From assembly GCA_963719315.1 (NCBI GenBank), contig CAVRBU010000003.1, positions 96,001-160,000 of the forward strand: 64,000 nt of DNA. The letters run 5' to 3'. Below the pieces are notes generated by a model. That model did no database searches, was not told the DNA's origin, and worked only from the letters and a program-made list of their open reading frames with translations. The position numbers and the translations under genes were made by a program. Positions 40,209 through 52,610 of this stretch are shown here, piece by piece. How positions within the stretch are numbered: position 1 is the first letter of the stretch; each line of letters starts with the position of its first letter. The DNA is from an uncultured Planctomycetota bacterium (lineage in GTDB: Bacteria > Planctomycetota > Planctomycetia > Pirellulales > Lacipirellulaceae).

Positions 40209-41421
40209 CCGAGGGTCGAGGTTCGAGGTTCGATGCCCCAACCGCCGCTCGCGGCTTAGCGCTAATCCCCTTGCATTTTTCAATCTGCATTTCTCATTTT
40301 TCAATTTGCAACTACTCTTGGGTTCGCTCGTTGCACTGACCGTTCTCGCAACCACCTACCCGCTCCGCGCTGAAGTCACCAGGCTCAAATGGGGAAACGA
40401 ACGCACTCCCGTTAAGAAGCAGGCCAGCGCACGAACCGCGTTGCGCTTCGTAAAGCCCGGCGTGGCTTCCGCCAAGCACACCGACGCCGCGATCAAACTT
40501 GTGATTTACGACGAACGAACCGCTTCTCAACTCACCAGCGCTCGCGCCGAAGAACCGCAAACGCGCAGCGTCGTCGTCAATCGTGAAAGCGATTTGTCCG
40601 AGGGCTTCCGCGCCGCACAGGCCCCCGCCGCGGACCAGGGCCCGACTGGCAGCAATGCAAACTCCAAAATTGAGGACAGCCTGCGCTCACCATTCTCCGA
40701 CAACTCGGCGGAGCCGGTGCAACCAAATCCGATCACGCTGCCGCCGCCTGACGAAAATCGCGCAAACGCACAGCCCGACAACAATTTGCTGCAATTGAAC
40801 CAACAACCGCCGTCAGACGTTCAAACGCCGCCCGCCACCGAGCCAGACACCGGCCAATTCCAACCGATTCTGCCCGCCGGTCCCGGTCCCGATCAATCGC
40901 CGCCATTGCCTGCCACGAATGAAACCACGCTTAAAGCCGAGGGAGAGAAGGCCAAGGAATCGTGCGACAAGAGCCTCGAGAACCTGCGCGCCTACACGGT
41001 CGATAAGGTGAACCTGAACATCGCGATTACCGGTACCGAGGGTACGGATTTTCCCTTCGAGTGCTCGGTCAACGACGGCACGATGTTCGCAGGCCGCTGC
41101 TGGGAGCAAACCACGTACTTGTGGAAGGCTTCGGCCATGTGCCATAAACCGCTGTACTTCGAAGATGAGCAACTCGAACGCTACGGCCACTCGTTCAGCC
41201 CCTGCTTCCAGCCGTTCGTCTCGGGCGCCCACTTCTTCACGCACGTGCCGGTGCTGCCTTACTGCATGGGCGTCGAACCGCCGAACGAATGCATCTACGC
41301 CTTGGGCTACTACCGCCCAGGCAGTTGCGCCCCGTACATGTGCAACCCCATCCCGCTCAGCCTCCGCGGCGCGCTATTTGAAGCCGGCGTCTTCACCGGC
41401 GCAGCGGCGATCTTGCCGTAG
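40201..41421 (+). CDS. Planctomycete-specific exported hypothetical protein
   Basis: Pro-rich linker; C-terminal [33 protein letters not shown]. Confidence 0.7.
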   Translation: MISRGSRFEVRCPNRRSRLSANPLAFFNLHFSFFNLQLLLGSLVALTVLATTYPLRAEVTRLKWGNERTPVKKQASARTALRFVKPGVASAKHTDAAIKLVIYDERTASQLTSARAEEPQTRSVVVNRESDLSEGFRAAQAPAADQGPTGSNANSKIEDSLRSPFSDNSAEPVQPNPITLPPPDENRANAQPDNNLLQLNQQPPSDVQTPPATEPDTGQFQPILPAGPGPDQSPPLPATNETTLKAEGEKAKESCDKSLENLRAYTVDKVNLNIAITGTEGTDFPFECSVNDGTMFAGRCWEQTTYLWKASAMCHKPLYFEDEQLERYGHSFSPCFQPFVSGAHFFTHVPVLPYCMGVEPPNECIYALGYYRPGSCAPYMCNPIPLSLRGALFEAGVFTGAAAILP

Positions 41422-41439
41422 TAACTGGCGACGAAACAA

Positions 41440-41477
41440 AAACGGCCAGCCGCGGGTACGCGGCCGGCCGGCGTTTC
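41440..41477. terminator. Probable bidirectional intrinsic terminator
   Basis: AAAACGGCCAGCCGCG-GGTA-CGCGGCCGGCCGGCGTTT between convergent genes. Confidence 0.5.
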
Positions 41478-41524
41478 AAGATCACTCGGTCATTGGGCCG
41501 CGTGATTTGCGTTTTTTACCGCGA

Positions 41525-41740
41525 CTACTTCATGTTGGGGCAGTCGCAGCCGTTTGCGCAGTCCTTGCAGCAGTCGCATTTACAACTGCAATTCGGGCAG
41601 TCCTTGCAGCAGTCCTTCGAGCAACAAGTGCCTTCCTTGCAATCCGGGGCGGCTGTCGTCGCCGGGCTCGAATGACTGGCAAAGCCCGCGGCCACTAAAC
41701 CGGCCGCGACCAAGAGGCCACCAAATAACTTAACAATCAT
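41525..41740 (-). CDS. Small exported cysteine-rich (metallothionein-like) protein
   Basis: Signal-like MIVKLFGGLLVAAGLVAAGFA, then 14 Cys in the last 39 aa; AGGA upstream. Confidence 0.7.
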   Translation of the reverse strand: MIVKLFGGLLVAAGLVAAGFASHSSPATTAAPDCKEGTCCSKDCCKDCPNCSCKCDCCKDCANGCDCPNMK

Positions 41741-41874
41741 AGTAGACTCACTTTCCTGAATGATGGAACGTCGAGCGACGCTCGACACAGATCGATACGT
41801 GAAATAGCAAACCAGCGCGGCAATGAACAGCCCGATCGCCGATCGCTATCAAGCAGAACGGGGTCACGCTCGAA

Positions 41875-42307
41875 TCAAATGATCCAGGAGCAGTGCAGAA
41901 TTCGATGTGGAACAGGCGGCGGCAAATCCTCAACTGCCCAGGCCGCTACATCGATATCACTCGAAGCATTGGAGAGAAGCGGCTGCACTGTTGGTAGCAC
42001 AGCATGATCGTCTGAAATCCGCTGTTCGGCAGATACAAACGTCCGATCGACGGGACGCACATCGCAGCCACAAGTTCGCGACTGCACGCGAACGCAACCC
42101 ACGGCGACGGCGCGTCGTTGGCAGCAGGGGGGGACGGCAAGCGGCTTGGTGGTGTGGGTTCCGTCTGCCGGGCAAGTGGGAGCAATCGCCCGCGCCGGCC
42201 GCGCAGCTCGTGCAGCGTGCCGGTACTGGTAGAACGAGGGAAGACGCAGCGGCGACAATCACCGCGCAGTGAAACATATACGGCGGGCGGACAACGAGGC
42301 CAACCAT
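41875..42307 (-). CDS. Cys-rich leader-type ORF (DUF2946-like), frameshift near 42170
   Basis: Hydrophobic start, CTSC/CC/CGC, ends LPPPVPHRILHCSWII. Confidence 0.5.
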
Positions 42308-42489
42308 GCCTGAATTGTCGCAGGTCGGTCCGGCCGGTCAAGCTCGATCGAATTCGGCCATTTGCCCTCACCCCAGTTCTCAACAGTCGAAAGGGCAGGC
42401 GGAAAAGGGGCACTCTGGCTTCAAGAAAAGCAGAATGCCCCACCTTCCCACTCTACGGTATCACAAATTACTTGCTTTGATTGGCGAAG

Positions 42490-43359
42490 TTATCGCCTGC
42501 GGCCGATCAACCCCAACGACAACAAACCCATGCTTAGCAGGATGAATGAAGCCGGCTCTGGTATCTCCACATCTGAGCGGAAATCCAGCGCGTAAACGAC
42601 TCCGCCGCCGGTCTCGATGTTCTCGAAGATGAAACCGTGCGCTGGTGGGAGATTCGCGTAGATTCCTTGTTCGTCGGAAGAGATGAACCTTACCTGAATC
42701 GGTGTTAGGATGTCGACGTAGTCGCTGATAATGCCGTCGATTCCACCGGTTTCTAGCGGGGGTTCCACGACGTCGAAACGGGTTGGAGGAATGGCAAATT
42801 CGAGCACGGGCTCAGTTACGCCTTCCGGAAGCGGCTCGAGAATACTCGCACTGTAGACCACTTTGCCGGTGCCTGGGCCGTAGTAGCCGAGCGTAATCGT
42901 AAGGCTATCGGATTCTTGGTTAGTGCCAGCGACGTTGCCATCGGATTTGGCAACGATTCGGATGGGCTGGAATCTTTCGCGAGCCGTGGCTGGAATGCGG
43001 ATCACGTCGGCCTCCGTGCGAGGGGGCAGTCCGCCCGGATTAGGATCCGAAACAACTCTTAACTCATACGTATTAAGGATACTTAGCCGGTCGCTAATGA
43101 TGGATTGAGTGGGGCTAAGCAACTCGCGGAAATCGATCGAGCGCGGCAGGACGGGATAGAAGGCCTCAACCGGTTCATTGCCTTCAGCAATGACAAGGGG
43201 CGGAATCGGTGGCACAAGTGGAACAATTGCCCCGCTAAGATCTACGGCGGATTCGGACAACGAATCAGACTCCGCCCCAGCTTGGGCTGATGCTACTCTG
43301 GCAACAAAAGCGAGCGCTACGAGCAGGGACAACAGCGCGAAATGACGTAAGATTCTCAT
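42490..43359 (-). CDS. PEP-CTERM surface protein of unknown function
   Basis: Signal peptide ending ASA; IPEPASFILLSMGLLSLGLIGRRR. Confidence 0.85.
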   Translation of the reverse strand: MRILRHFALLSLLVALAFVARVASAQAGAESDSLSESAVDLSGAIVPLVPPIPPLVIAEGNEPVEAFYPVLPRSIDFRELLSPTQSIISDRLSILNTYELRVVSDPNPGGLPPRTEADVIRIPATARERFQPIRIVAKSDGNVAGTNQESDSLTITLGYYGPGTGKVVYSASILEPLPEGVTEPVLEFAIPPTRFDVVEPPLETGGIDGIISDYVDILTPIQVRFISSDEQGIYANLPPAHGFIFENIETGGGVVYALDFRSDVEIPEPASFILLSMGLLSLGLIGRRR

Positions 43360-44030
43360 TAGACCATCTCCATTGAAATGGATCCAATGCGATGTCGGAG
43401 AACCAACATCGGTCGCCATCGCATCGGATCAAGACCTTGATCGTGAATCGAAGCTAGATCGGCGTACAAGAGCGATGAGTTTTTTCGACACCTCCTTCCT
43501 CGTGTTGTGGCTCTAAGCTGCCAAGATGGTGAAGGTGCGGCGCAGCATTTTCCCGGATAAGTTCAGTTTCGTAGAATGAATGCGTGCGAGCCGCGCGCTT
43601 CTGATATCCCCTCCTCAGCATTCGGCCGGAGACGGCGGAGTGACACACCCTCGCGGGCCCGCCGCCAAGCCCCAGCGAGCGAAACCAGCCTCAACGCTGT
43701 TCCGAGAAGAAACTAAAAGGAGCGTTAGCTGGAACGTAGCTACGTTGCGCGAGATCCAAAAACAGCCGGAAGAACCGACCCGCGTAGTGCACCTCGCGCG
43801 TCAGCGCTCATTAGACGCCCATTTTTCGGCGTGTCAAGTATTCAAGACTCGAAGTCGAGCACTTATCCGAAGTTCAACGCTTCCTATGAATATTTGCTCT
43901 AACTCTATCGGGGCATACGATAGCACGGATGGTCGCGATGGGCATACGATGGCCCGTGTCCGACGGTGCCTGACTTAGTACGAGAATTCAGCACCGTGAC
44001 CCTTGGTGCAGAGAGTGAAAGCTGGCGGTT

Positions 44031-44720
44031 TTACCGATATCCGTCCATCCCAAGCCGCATCTTGAGCTCTTCGAACTGCTCGACGTACCGTTCGCAAGTG
44101 GAGTGGACGTGCTCGGCTTCGGTGATGAACCGCATGTCTTCGCGGCAGGGAACGCGGCAATCGACCAGAATGTTCTCGTAAGGCCGCAGCTCCTTGCCAT
44201 ACACGATGAGCAACTTGTGCTCATCGAGCTGCACTTCCTGCGGCAGGGCAGGGTTGAGCACCGCAATGCCGGTGCAGCCGTCGTTTACCAACAGGTCTTC
44301 GAAGTCCCACAGCGTGCTTTGCAGGATCGGCATGTCGATGTATTCGCGATACAGATCGGTGTGGCCGTGTGACTCGTGGCCGTGACTGGTTTCCAGGACC
44401 ACATCCACCACGTCGCCCAGTTGCTCGATCAGCGACATGAATGATTCCATCATTCGCTTGCGGGTGACGGCCGCCATCAGAACGGGCACTTCGGCCTTGT
44501 TCTCCTCGTCTCGATACGTGTCGTGACGGAAGCCGGCGCTCGGCACGACTTCGAGATTGTACGAAGGGCGAACCGCATCGCTTAGTTCGAATTCGCCATA
44601 ACGGGCGACGCCGAGGTGGGCCTCGAGCTCATCGTTCGAGAGCTGGCCGAACCCACCTGCCGGGCGAACTGGAGCGTCGGTCGCGTATACGTTCGTAAAA
44701 AAACTCTTTAGGAACCCCAT
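44031..44720 (-). CDS. Conserved hypothetical protein
   Basis: 229-aa ORF with host-like codon use (VVLETSH, DGCTGIAV, DEHKLL). Confidence 0.7.
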   Translation of the reverse strand: MGFLKSFFTNVYATDAPVRPAGGFGQLSNDELEAHLGVARYGEFELSDAVRPSYNLEVVPSAGFRHDTYRDEENKAEVPVLMAAVTRKRMMESFMSLIEQLGDVVDVVLETSHGHESHGHTDLYREYIDMPILQSTLWDFEDLLVNDGCTGIAVLNPALPQEVQLDEHKLLIVYGKELRPYENILVDCRVPCREDMRFITEAEHVHSTCERYVEQFEELKMRLGMDGYR

Positions 44721-45107
44721 CTCAATTCTCTCGTCTATGGCGTCGTTTAAGTTCTTGGTTGTTTGATCGCGGGGAGATCAGACATACTTCGATGGGGAGG
44801 TCGATTTCAAAGCCAACAGGCTATGCGTCCAGCCGATGAAACGTCCGCAGCACTAGCCACTCGCTGACCTGATAAAACCTAGGTTACGAGGTGCAAACAT
44901 GCCGAAGTAGCGGAACAGGCGATTGGGAATCGCGATCCACCAGCAATCACAAGCGGTATCACCGCACCAGTCCGCCAACCGGGCAGAATCGGCCGGAACA
45001 AAGAGTTCGGGATTCGGAATACAGCCCCGAAAAATAGCCGCGATGCTACGCATCGCCGGGATCCCAGCATTAATGTTGCGTCTCTGCAACAAGGTGGCGG
45101 GAAGGCA

Positions 45108-46369
45108 CTACCTGGGCGGCTTTTGGCAGCGCACCAGCGTCATCACGGCCATCGCCGTGCCGTACTGCTGATGGTAGTTAAAGAGCGGGAAGTCCCACCA
45201 ACTGCCGTCGCGCTCTTGCAGCGGTAGAATGATGTGGGCCAGGTGGTCCTGAAAAAACGGTCGCTCGGCCGCTGGAAGTTGATCGATGCACTGTGCGGCG
45301 TACCAGTGCCCGTAGTAATAGAAGTAGCCGGCGATATGAAAGAACGACTCGTGAGGAATCGGTCGCTTGCGGCCCATGCTTAACCAGCCGTTGCGGGCAA
45401 TGAGGCGGTCGAGCCACGACTTGAGCACCGCCTCGGTGATCCGCTTGTCGCCATACTTGAGGAGCGCAAGGTTGCAGGCTTGCGAGCGACCCAAACTACC
45501 GGCCGGCCGGTTGATATCCATCATCGGCGTCATGCGAAGATACTCGCCGTAGGCGTAACTGAAGTCAGGTTTCTGCTGGCGGAGAATCGAAGCGATCGCC
45601 TTTTTGGTGAGACGATCGGGAAACGTCACTCCGATCCCTTCGCCCTCTTTGAGCGCGATGAGGACCGTGGCGGTGCAGAAACTAAATGCGGAATCGCTGG
45701 GTGTTTGCGTGCCGGCCAGAAAATCGTAATACGACCAGCCGCCGCCGACAAAGCTGTAGCGGGCCAGCATATCGGCCTGATGTTGGGCCAACTCTTTCAG
45801 CTTGGCCTGGCGCTCGGGGTCGCCGGCCGCACGCTTATGCAGCGCTACCAAGCACTGAATGGAATAAGCGTGGCCCCAGACGTTGTAAAGCGCATCGGGC
45901 GTAGCGCGTTTTAGAATCGCCAAGTGACCATCGAGCCAGGCAGCGCCGTGGTTGATGGCTTTGTCGACATCGGGCCGGTCGCTAGCCGCCAGTTTGGGCC
46001 GCGCTTCGATCAACGCCATGATTACGAGCGAAGTAACGGCCGTGCGAAACGCATCGTGCGCCCTGGCGGCGGCGCGTAGAGGTTCATCGATTTTGAGTGC
46101 TCGGCGCTCCCCCAGGCGCCGTCCGGCCGCTGGTCGGCAAGTAAAAATTTCACGCCACGCTCGATGGCGGCCGAAAGCTCTTCGGGCTTCGGCGGCGTGA
46201 TCGGCTCGGGCTTAGGGCCTTCTGTGGCTTGAGGCGAGAGGTGAATCGCTTCGGTTGACGGTGCGGAGGCAGCAGGTTTATCAGTCGCTTCGGAGTCGGT
46301 TGCCGCGAGCGAAATGGGAGGCAGCCACGCCACGGTTAGAACGAGAATCGGGATTCGCAGCAATTGCAT
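45108..46369 (-). CDS. Exported prenyltransferase/squalene-cyclase repeat protein (frameshift near 46060)
   Basis: QRPDGAWG, GGWSY, QKPDFSY, QERDGSW repeats. Confidence 0.72.
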
Positions 46370-46481
46370 GTGTGGCCTGTCCCAGATTTCCCAGTCCGCT
46401 GCTTGAGTCCGTTGAAAGTCCTTAAGGAACACGAATCGCCAATAATGGTCGCCAATTCCGATTAGTGTCGATTAGCGAAGA

Positions 46482-48147
46482 TTAGCGTTTCTCTTTCTCC
46501 TCTTTTTCCTTCTTCTTCGCGTCTTCATCGTCGAGCGAAATAACGTCACCCTTCTTCAGTCCCTTGGTGATTTCGACATCGTCCTCTTTTCGTTTGCCAA
46601 GTTTGACATTTCGGCGTTCGGGCTTTGCGCTCGCGTCGTCGGCATCGACGAGCCAAACGAAGTGCGTATCGGGATCGTTCTCGTCGTCGTGAACGGCCTT
46701 CTTCGGTACGACGATGGCGTCCGCCTTGTCGTACGTGGTGACGTTCACTTTGCAGCTCACGCCGGCCACGATCCAATTCGGAACCTCACTCTGTTCGATG
46801 TCGAAATCGATTGCGAATTTTCCGGAGCCGACCGGGATGGGCGAGATTGATTTCACTCTGCCGGCGATGCGGTCGCTGCCTTCCGAGGGCAACGCGACTT
46901 TGACCTTCTGCCCATCAGATACTTCTGGCCGCTTGCCTTCCTCCAGGGTGGATGTGACGTACAGCGGCCTCTGTTCGACGATCGTCATCACAACCGAACC
47001 ACCGGGTACGTTGTTGTGCGGCTGGTATTTTGTCACAAGCGATGCTGTATCGGCCCAGCGGCCGTTGACGCACGAGCCGTAGTACACCACGCCGTCCGCC
47101 GGCGACTTGACCTCCATTAATTCTCGATCGGCCAATAGCTTGGCATGCTTATCGAGCGATTTAGCGCGAGCTTTCTTGCGTTGCTCAAATTCGTAGCGGG
47201 CGCGATTCAGATCGAGAGATAAGGCCATCTGCGCGGGCTTTCGCCAGGGACGCACGCTCGAGCGACTCCTTGATCTGAATATCCATCCGCGGGATTCGCA
47301 CGTCGAGCATCTCGTCATGATTGAGCTTGGCGTTTTCCAGGCTAAACTGGGCGAACTCCACCGCGCTACGCTGCCGCTTAAGGACGATTTCCTCGGTGGC
47401 TTCCGTGAGATCGTCGGCCTTGTACATTTTTTCAAGTTGATCGAGCTCGTCTTTTTCGTAATCAAGATTGAACTTGTAGTACTTGAGCATGAACTCGGAC
47501 GACTTGATCGACATCGGGCGGTCGATCTCGTTGTAGCGCTTGAAATCCTCTTTCGCCTCGCGGTCGGAGCGATCGGCGTCGTCGAATTCCATTTTGAGAG
47601 TCTGCTCAATCCGCGGCAGCTCTTCTTCCGAGCGCATGATTGTCAGTTCGCTGATGCGCTGCTCGAGTTCCAAGTCGTCGATGGCCTTGTTGATTTCCTC
47701 GGCATCGAATTTGAAGAGCACTTCGCCTTTGTGAACTTTGGCGCCGAGGTCCGCCACATTCACGATTTCGTAGTCGCTCCATGAATCAGGACGCAATGCC
47801 ACTTCGTGCATTTTGTCGGCGACGAACGCGCCGTCGAGCGACAGGTCGATTTTGAAACGCTTAGGCTCGACTTTGTACGTCTTTCGCTTCTCTTCCGACT
47901 TTGCCGCTTTGTCGTCGGCCTTTCCGGCGCTGTCCTTTCCTTGGGCGTCGGATGACTCCTTGCCTTTGGCTTTGTCGCTTTCTTTTGAATCTGTAGAGGT
48001 AGCCCCGTCGGACTTCTGGTCCTGCTTATCCTTCTCGGATTCGGAACCTGCTTTGACGGATTTGTCGCCCGCGAACGCTGCTCCCGCCGGGCCGACACTA
48101 AACGAAACTGCAAACGCGAACAGCAACAGCAGTAAATGACGCCTCAT
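46482..48147 (-). CDS. HlyD/membrane-fusion-type periplasmic adaptor (frameshift near 47235)
   Basis: GAKVHKGEVLF lipoyl-like motif, coiled coil, VKSPADGVVYY, GLKKGD. Confidence 0.75.
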
Positions 48148-48262
48148 TGCAGGTCTCCTCGGTGATAACTGTCATTTTCGTTGGAAAAACGCTAAATTGC
48201 AATCGAGCAACGTGACGTGGACTCGCAATCGGCACGATTGATGGCTAAGGCGGCATATTTCC

Positions 48263-48848
48263 ATGACAAAGATTTACACCCGCACTGGCGACGAAGGCGA
48301 GACCTCGCTCCTGGGCGGCGAACGCCTCCGAAAGGATGACCTGAGAATCGAGACAATCGGCTGCATTGATGAAACGAACGCCGCCATCGGGTTGGTGCGG
48401 GTCGAGCTCTTGCGGAGCGGTGTAGCGCCGGAGGGAGTCGACGCGGTTCTTGCGCGGTCTCAACACACGCTTTTTGACGTGGGCGCTGAGTTGGCGTCAC
48501 GAGCGACGGGGCCGTCCCGCACCGCAAGCTTGAATGATTCGAGACGTCGCAGAAGTTGAGGCTGCCATCGACCACTTTGACGCGGAACTCGGCCCGCTTC
48601 GCGCGTTCGTTTTGCCAGGCGGTGCGGCCGCAGCGGCTCAACTGCACTTGGCCCGTTGCATTTGCCGGCGCAGTGAACGGCGTTTAGTCGAGTTGGCGGC
48701 CGCCGAACAGATCCGCGGAGAATTGGTGCGCTATCTCAACCGGCTGAGCGATTTGTTGTTCGTGCTAGCCCGGGTGGTGAACAAGGCGAATCGGCTGCCG
48801 GATGTAATTTGGGAGCAGGTCCCGAAAGGGGGATTGTGGAAAGGGTAA
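48263..48848 (+). CDS. PduO-type ATP:cob(I)alamin adenosyltransferase (frameshift near 48535)
   Basis: KIYTRTGDEGETSL, DETNAAIG, FVLPGG, RRSER, YLNRLSDLLFVLAR. Confidence 0.9.
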
Positions 48849-49042
48849 GGGGGACGGCAGACGCACGGCATGTAGTCGTATTCGCACGGGCGAAACCGGG
48901 GCGAACGCGCTATAATGATAGTGAGCGTGACCTATTGAAACCGCAAGCGCTGAGCCGCGGTTCGTAATTCGTGGCGGAATTCGCTAGAACTCCGATTTTT
49001 GTATCCAGTGGACTGAAGTCTTGCGACTTCAGTTGCGCCCGA

Positions 49043-51684
49043 ATGTCGCAAGGTGACCGTTTACGTTCGATAGTGCGCGAAGTTCGCCAGAAATTGGCGG
49101 ACGGCCGCCAGCAGCTTCGCGAACAGCACGATCGCGGGTTGGAGGGCGCACGGGTTTGCGCGGTATACGACGCTCGTCGATCAGGCGATCGGCCGGATTT
49201 TCGAGGCTTACCTGGGGGAACTGTCCGTTGCGGATGCAGTTCAGACTCGCCAGCGGGTTGCGCTCGTGGCTCACGGTGGTTACGGGCGTCGGCAACAGGC
49301 GCCGTTTTCCGATGTCGATCTGATGGTCTTGTACGACGGCAAGCGCGATGCACTCATCGCCCAACTCGCATCGCGGCTTACGCAAGATATTTGCGACGTT
49401 TACCAGCACTTGGGGCACAGTCTGCGTTCGCCCGACGAAGCCGTGCAGCAGGCCCGCACCGATGCCCAGGTTGGCACCTCGCTGCTCGAATCGCGGCTGC
49501 TATTGGGCAATAGCGAATTGTTCGACCGCTACAGTGGCATGATGAAAACGATGATCGAGCGGCGCGGGACGGCGCTGGCGGGCGACTTCATCGCCGAGCG
49601 ACGCAAGGAGCGGCTCGAATATGGCGAAACCGTTTATCTGCTAGAACCAAACGTGAAGCGTTCGCGAGGCGGACTGCGCGATATCCATCTGCTGCGGTGG
49701 CTGTGGTATCTCAAAGCCGGTGTGGCCGATCCCGATCGTTTGCACGACATGGGCTTGCTCTCGAAATTCGATCACCGCCGGTTGATGTCGTCGCAGAATT
49801 TCTTGTTGCGAGTGCGCAACGAGATGCACTTCCACGCCAATGAAACCAATGACGCTCTGAGCCGGGCCGAGCAGCTTCGGCTGGCCGAGCATTTAAAGTA
49901 CCAGGGTAAGCAGGGAGTGCTGCCCGTTGAGCAGTTCATGCGCGACTATTTCCATCACACGTCTCACGTGTGGCAAATGGCCCATCGGCTTGCCGAGTTG
50001 ATGGCGCCCGTGTCGCGCGTGAGCCGCGTTTGGGCGCCGATTCTGGGACGTCGAACCGAGGACGACTATCAAATCGGGCGCAACGAGGTCAGCGCGACGC
50101 CGCGAGCCACGGCCCGTCTGGCTCAGCATCCGGAAGAAGTGCTGAAGCTAGTCGATTTGGCCCGCAACGCCGGCAAGCGCATTTCGCAGGACACATGGCA
50201 CTTCGTGTATCGCACGGCGCCGCAATACTCGAACGAGCCGAAACAGGCGCTCGTTACTAGTTTTTTACAAATCCTGACAAACCCCTTGCGACTGGGCGAA
50301 TTGCTGCGGCGATTGCACGAAATGGGCGTGCTGGAAAAGATCATTCCCGAGTTTACGCACGCCCGTAGCTTGTTGCAGTTCAATCAATACCACAAGTACA
50401 CGGTGGATGAACACTGCATCCGGGCCGTGGAAGAAGCGACGCGATTTGCCGAGCGCGATGATTCCGTTGGCAAGATATATCGCGGCCTGCCGGATCGAAC
50501 GATTTTGCATCTTGCGCTATTGCTGCACGATTTGGGGAAGGGGTTCGAAGAAGATCACAGCGAAGTTGGCCGGCGGATCGCGAAGTCGACGGCCGAGCGC
50601 CTGCGGTTGCCCACCGATCAAGCGGAGACGCTGGAGTTTTTAGTACACAGACATTTACGGATGTCTCACATAGCGCTTAAGTATGACACGACTCAACCAC
50701 AACTGGTGGCGCGGTTCGTCGAAGAAGTGGGATCGCGATCGCATCTTGATCTGTTATTTTTAGCGACCTGCGCCGATCTGGCGGCAGTCGGACCAGACGT
50801 GCTTAACAGTTGGAAAGTTGAGGTGCTTTCCGAGCTGCACTCGCGGGCAGCACAACAGTTGGCTGCGGATGGCGACTCGGGAAGCGTCGTGGATCGCCAG
50901 ATCGAACGAAATGCCGCGCGAGAGATGCTCACGGCGAGTGAGTACAGCGACCCTTGGTTCGAGCGCCAATTGGCGGCCTTGCCGGATGCGTTCGTCAGCA
51001 AGCGGCAGCCCGCCGATGTGGCCAACACGTTGCGACGGCTGCGAACGCTTACGCCGCGCGCCGGCGTGGCGTGGGCCAATTACCTGAAGGACACGGATAC
51101 GGTCGAGTTCATCGCCGGCATCGACCAAGGCGCTGGTCGAGCGATTTTCTCCAGCATGGCCGGCGCTGACGAGCCAAAAGCAGCAAATCCTGGCGGCCGA
51201 GACCGACATGCTGTCCGACGGTCTGATGCTCCTACGGTACGTAGCCTCGGAGCCGGAATCGCCGGGCGAGCCGTCGCCGGAGCGGCTCGACGGTATCTGC
51301 CGCGCGCTCGTCGCTTCGATCGATTCCGACGGGGTACCGCGGTTTCCCAAAATCTTGGGTCGCGAACAGAAGACGGCAGGCGCCGCTTTGACGAATATGC
51401 CAAACCGCGTGAGTATCGATAACGAAATGTCTGACCTGTGCACGGTGATCGAGGTCTTTACAGTCGATCGCCGGGGCCTGCTTTATCGCCTGGCCCGGGC
51501 GCTACACGACCTGGGGCTGGTGATTCGCTTTGCCAAAATCGGCACGCATCTCGATCAGGTGGTGGACGTATTTTACGTCACGGACCGGGATGAGCGCAAG
51601 CTCGACGGTGAGGAGCGGCTAGCAGAGATTCGCGGTACTCTCACCGCTGTTACTACGCCGGCCGATTCAGTGGCCGCCAAGTAG
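49043..51684 (+). CDS. glnD: PII uridylyltransferase/uridylyl-removing enzyme (frameshifts near 49160 and 51165)
   Basis: GGYGR..SDVD, LEPNVK..GGLRD, YHKYTVDEH, LLHDLGKG, ACT domain DRRGLL..DVFYV. Confidence 0.92.
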
Positions 51685-51984
51685 GTCTGCGGAGCCTCTC
51701 GGATCGAGGCACCTCCAGAGATTCGCTGTTCCGGCATAGGCTCACTTTCCGATATAAGAGGAGGTGAACCAGGCGGTGCCAGAAATTTGACCGTGATTCG
51801 GATATCAAGGTAAAATTAAGTGGGTTGGCACGGGCCGCGAGTTGCTCGCGGTTCAGCTAGCCCGCTCAGTACGGCATCGACGCGGCCAGTCCTGCATGTT
51901 GGATGGGTTGGCCGCCGCCGATACCCCCATGCGGCGACTGCAGGATGGACCTTCCTTGAGCAGCTGCTGCGGAAGGACCGGTCT

Positions 51985-52515
51985 ATGTACCAAGACGCAC
52001 GCCTGTCGGCAACTCGCCGCTTCTTTACGGGGCTCACGGAATACGCCTTCGAAGCCCGCTTGGGCGTAGCCGACCCGCCGCTCGTGGACTATATCGCCGA
52101 GTTGCTGGTGCGTTTCGTGCGCTCCGATGAGTTGTACCCGGTGCGTTCCGTGCGCGGCCAACGGCTGGTGGCGGTGACCGATATGTTGGCTGAAGCGCAG
52201 CACCGCGAAGGACCCGCGCGGCAGAAGGTGCACCGCCACATCGGCGACTTCACGTTGTTCTGGACGGGCGTCTACCCGGAAGTCGTCGATCATCTCCGCC
52301 GCGGAAGCAAAGACGCGCTCATCGATTACGGGCAGCAAGGCAAGCGCGCCTACTGGATCGCGAGCACGATCCCAGTCGAAAAAGAAGTGCCGACGCCGGA
52401 CGTCCTGAAGCGGTTGAGCGAGCAGTTCGATCTGTGCGTGTACGGCCTAGGCGAAGTCCGCCGACAATGGGAACAACAGGGCGGCGATGCGGATGCGCCG
52501 TTATTGTTGGGGTGA
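51985..52515 (+). CDS. Conserved hypothetical protein
   Basis: HIGDFTLFWTGVYPE..GKRAY. Confidence 0.7.
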   Translation: MYQDARLSATRRFFTGLTEYAFEARLGVADPPLVDYIAELLVRFVRSDELYPVRSVRGQRLVAVTDMLAEAQHREGPARQKVHRHIGDFTLFWTGVYPEVVDHLRRGSKDALIDYGQQGKRAYWIASTIPVEKEVPTPDVLKRLSEQFDLCVYGLGEVRRQWEQQGGDADAPLLLG

Positions 52516-52610
52516 CTTGCGGTATTAGATGAAGCTGTACGGTCTCACGCCCTGTATCAGCAATCGAGGCGGGGGTGCAATTGGTCGTGATTTGCAGTCG
52601 CGATGCAACG

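Noticed and set aside
43420..44030. Riboswitch or ncRNA in the long intergenic region
   Set aside because: Some hairpin potential but no consensus I can recognise; an Infernal/Rfam search would be needed.
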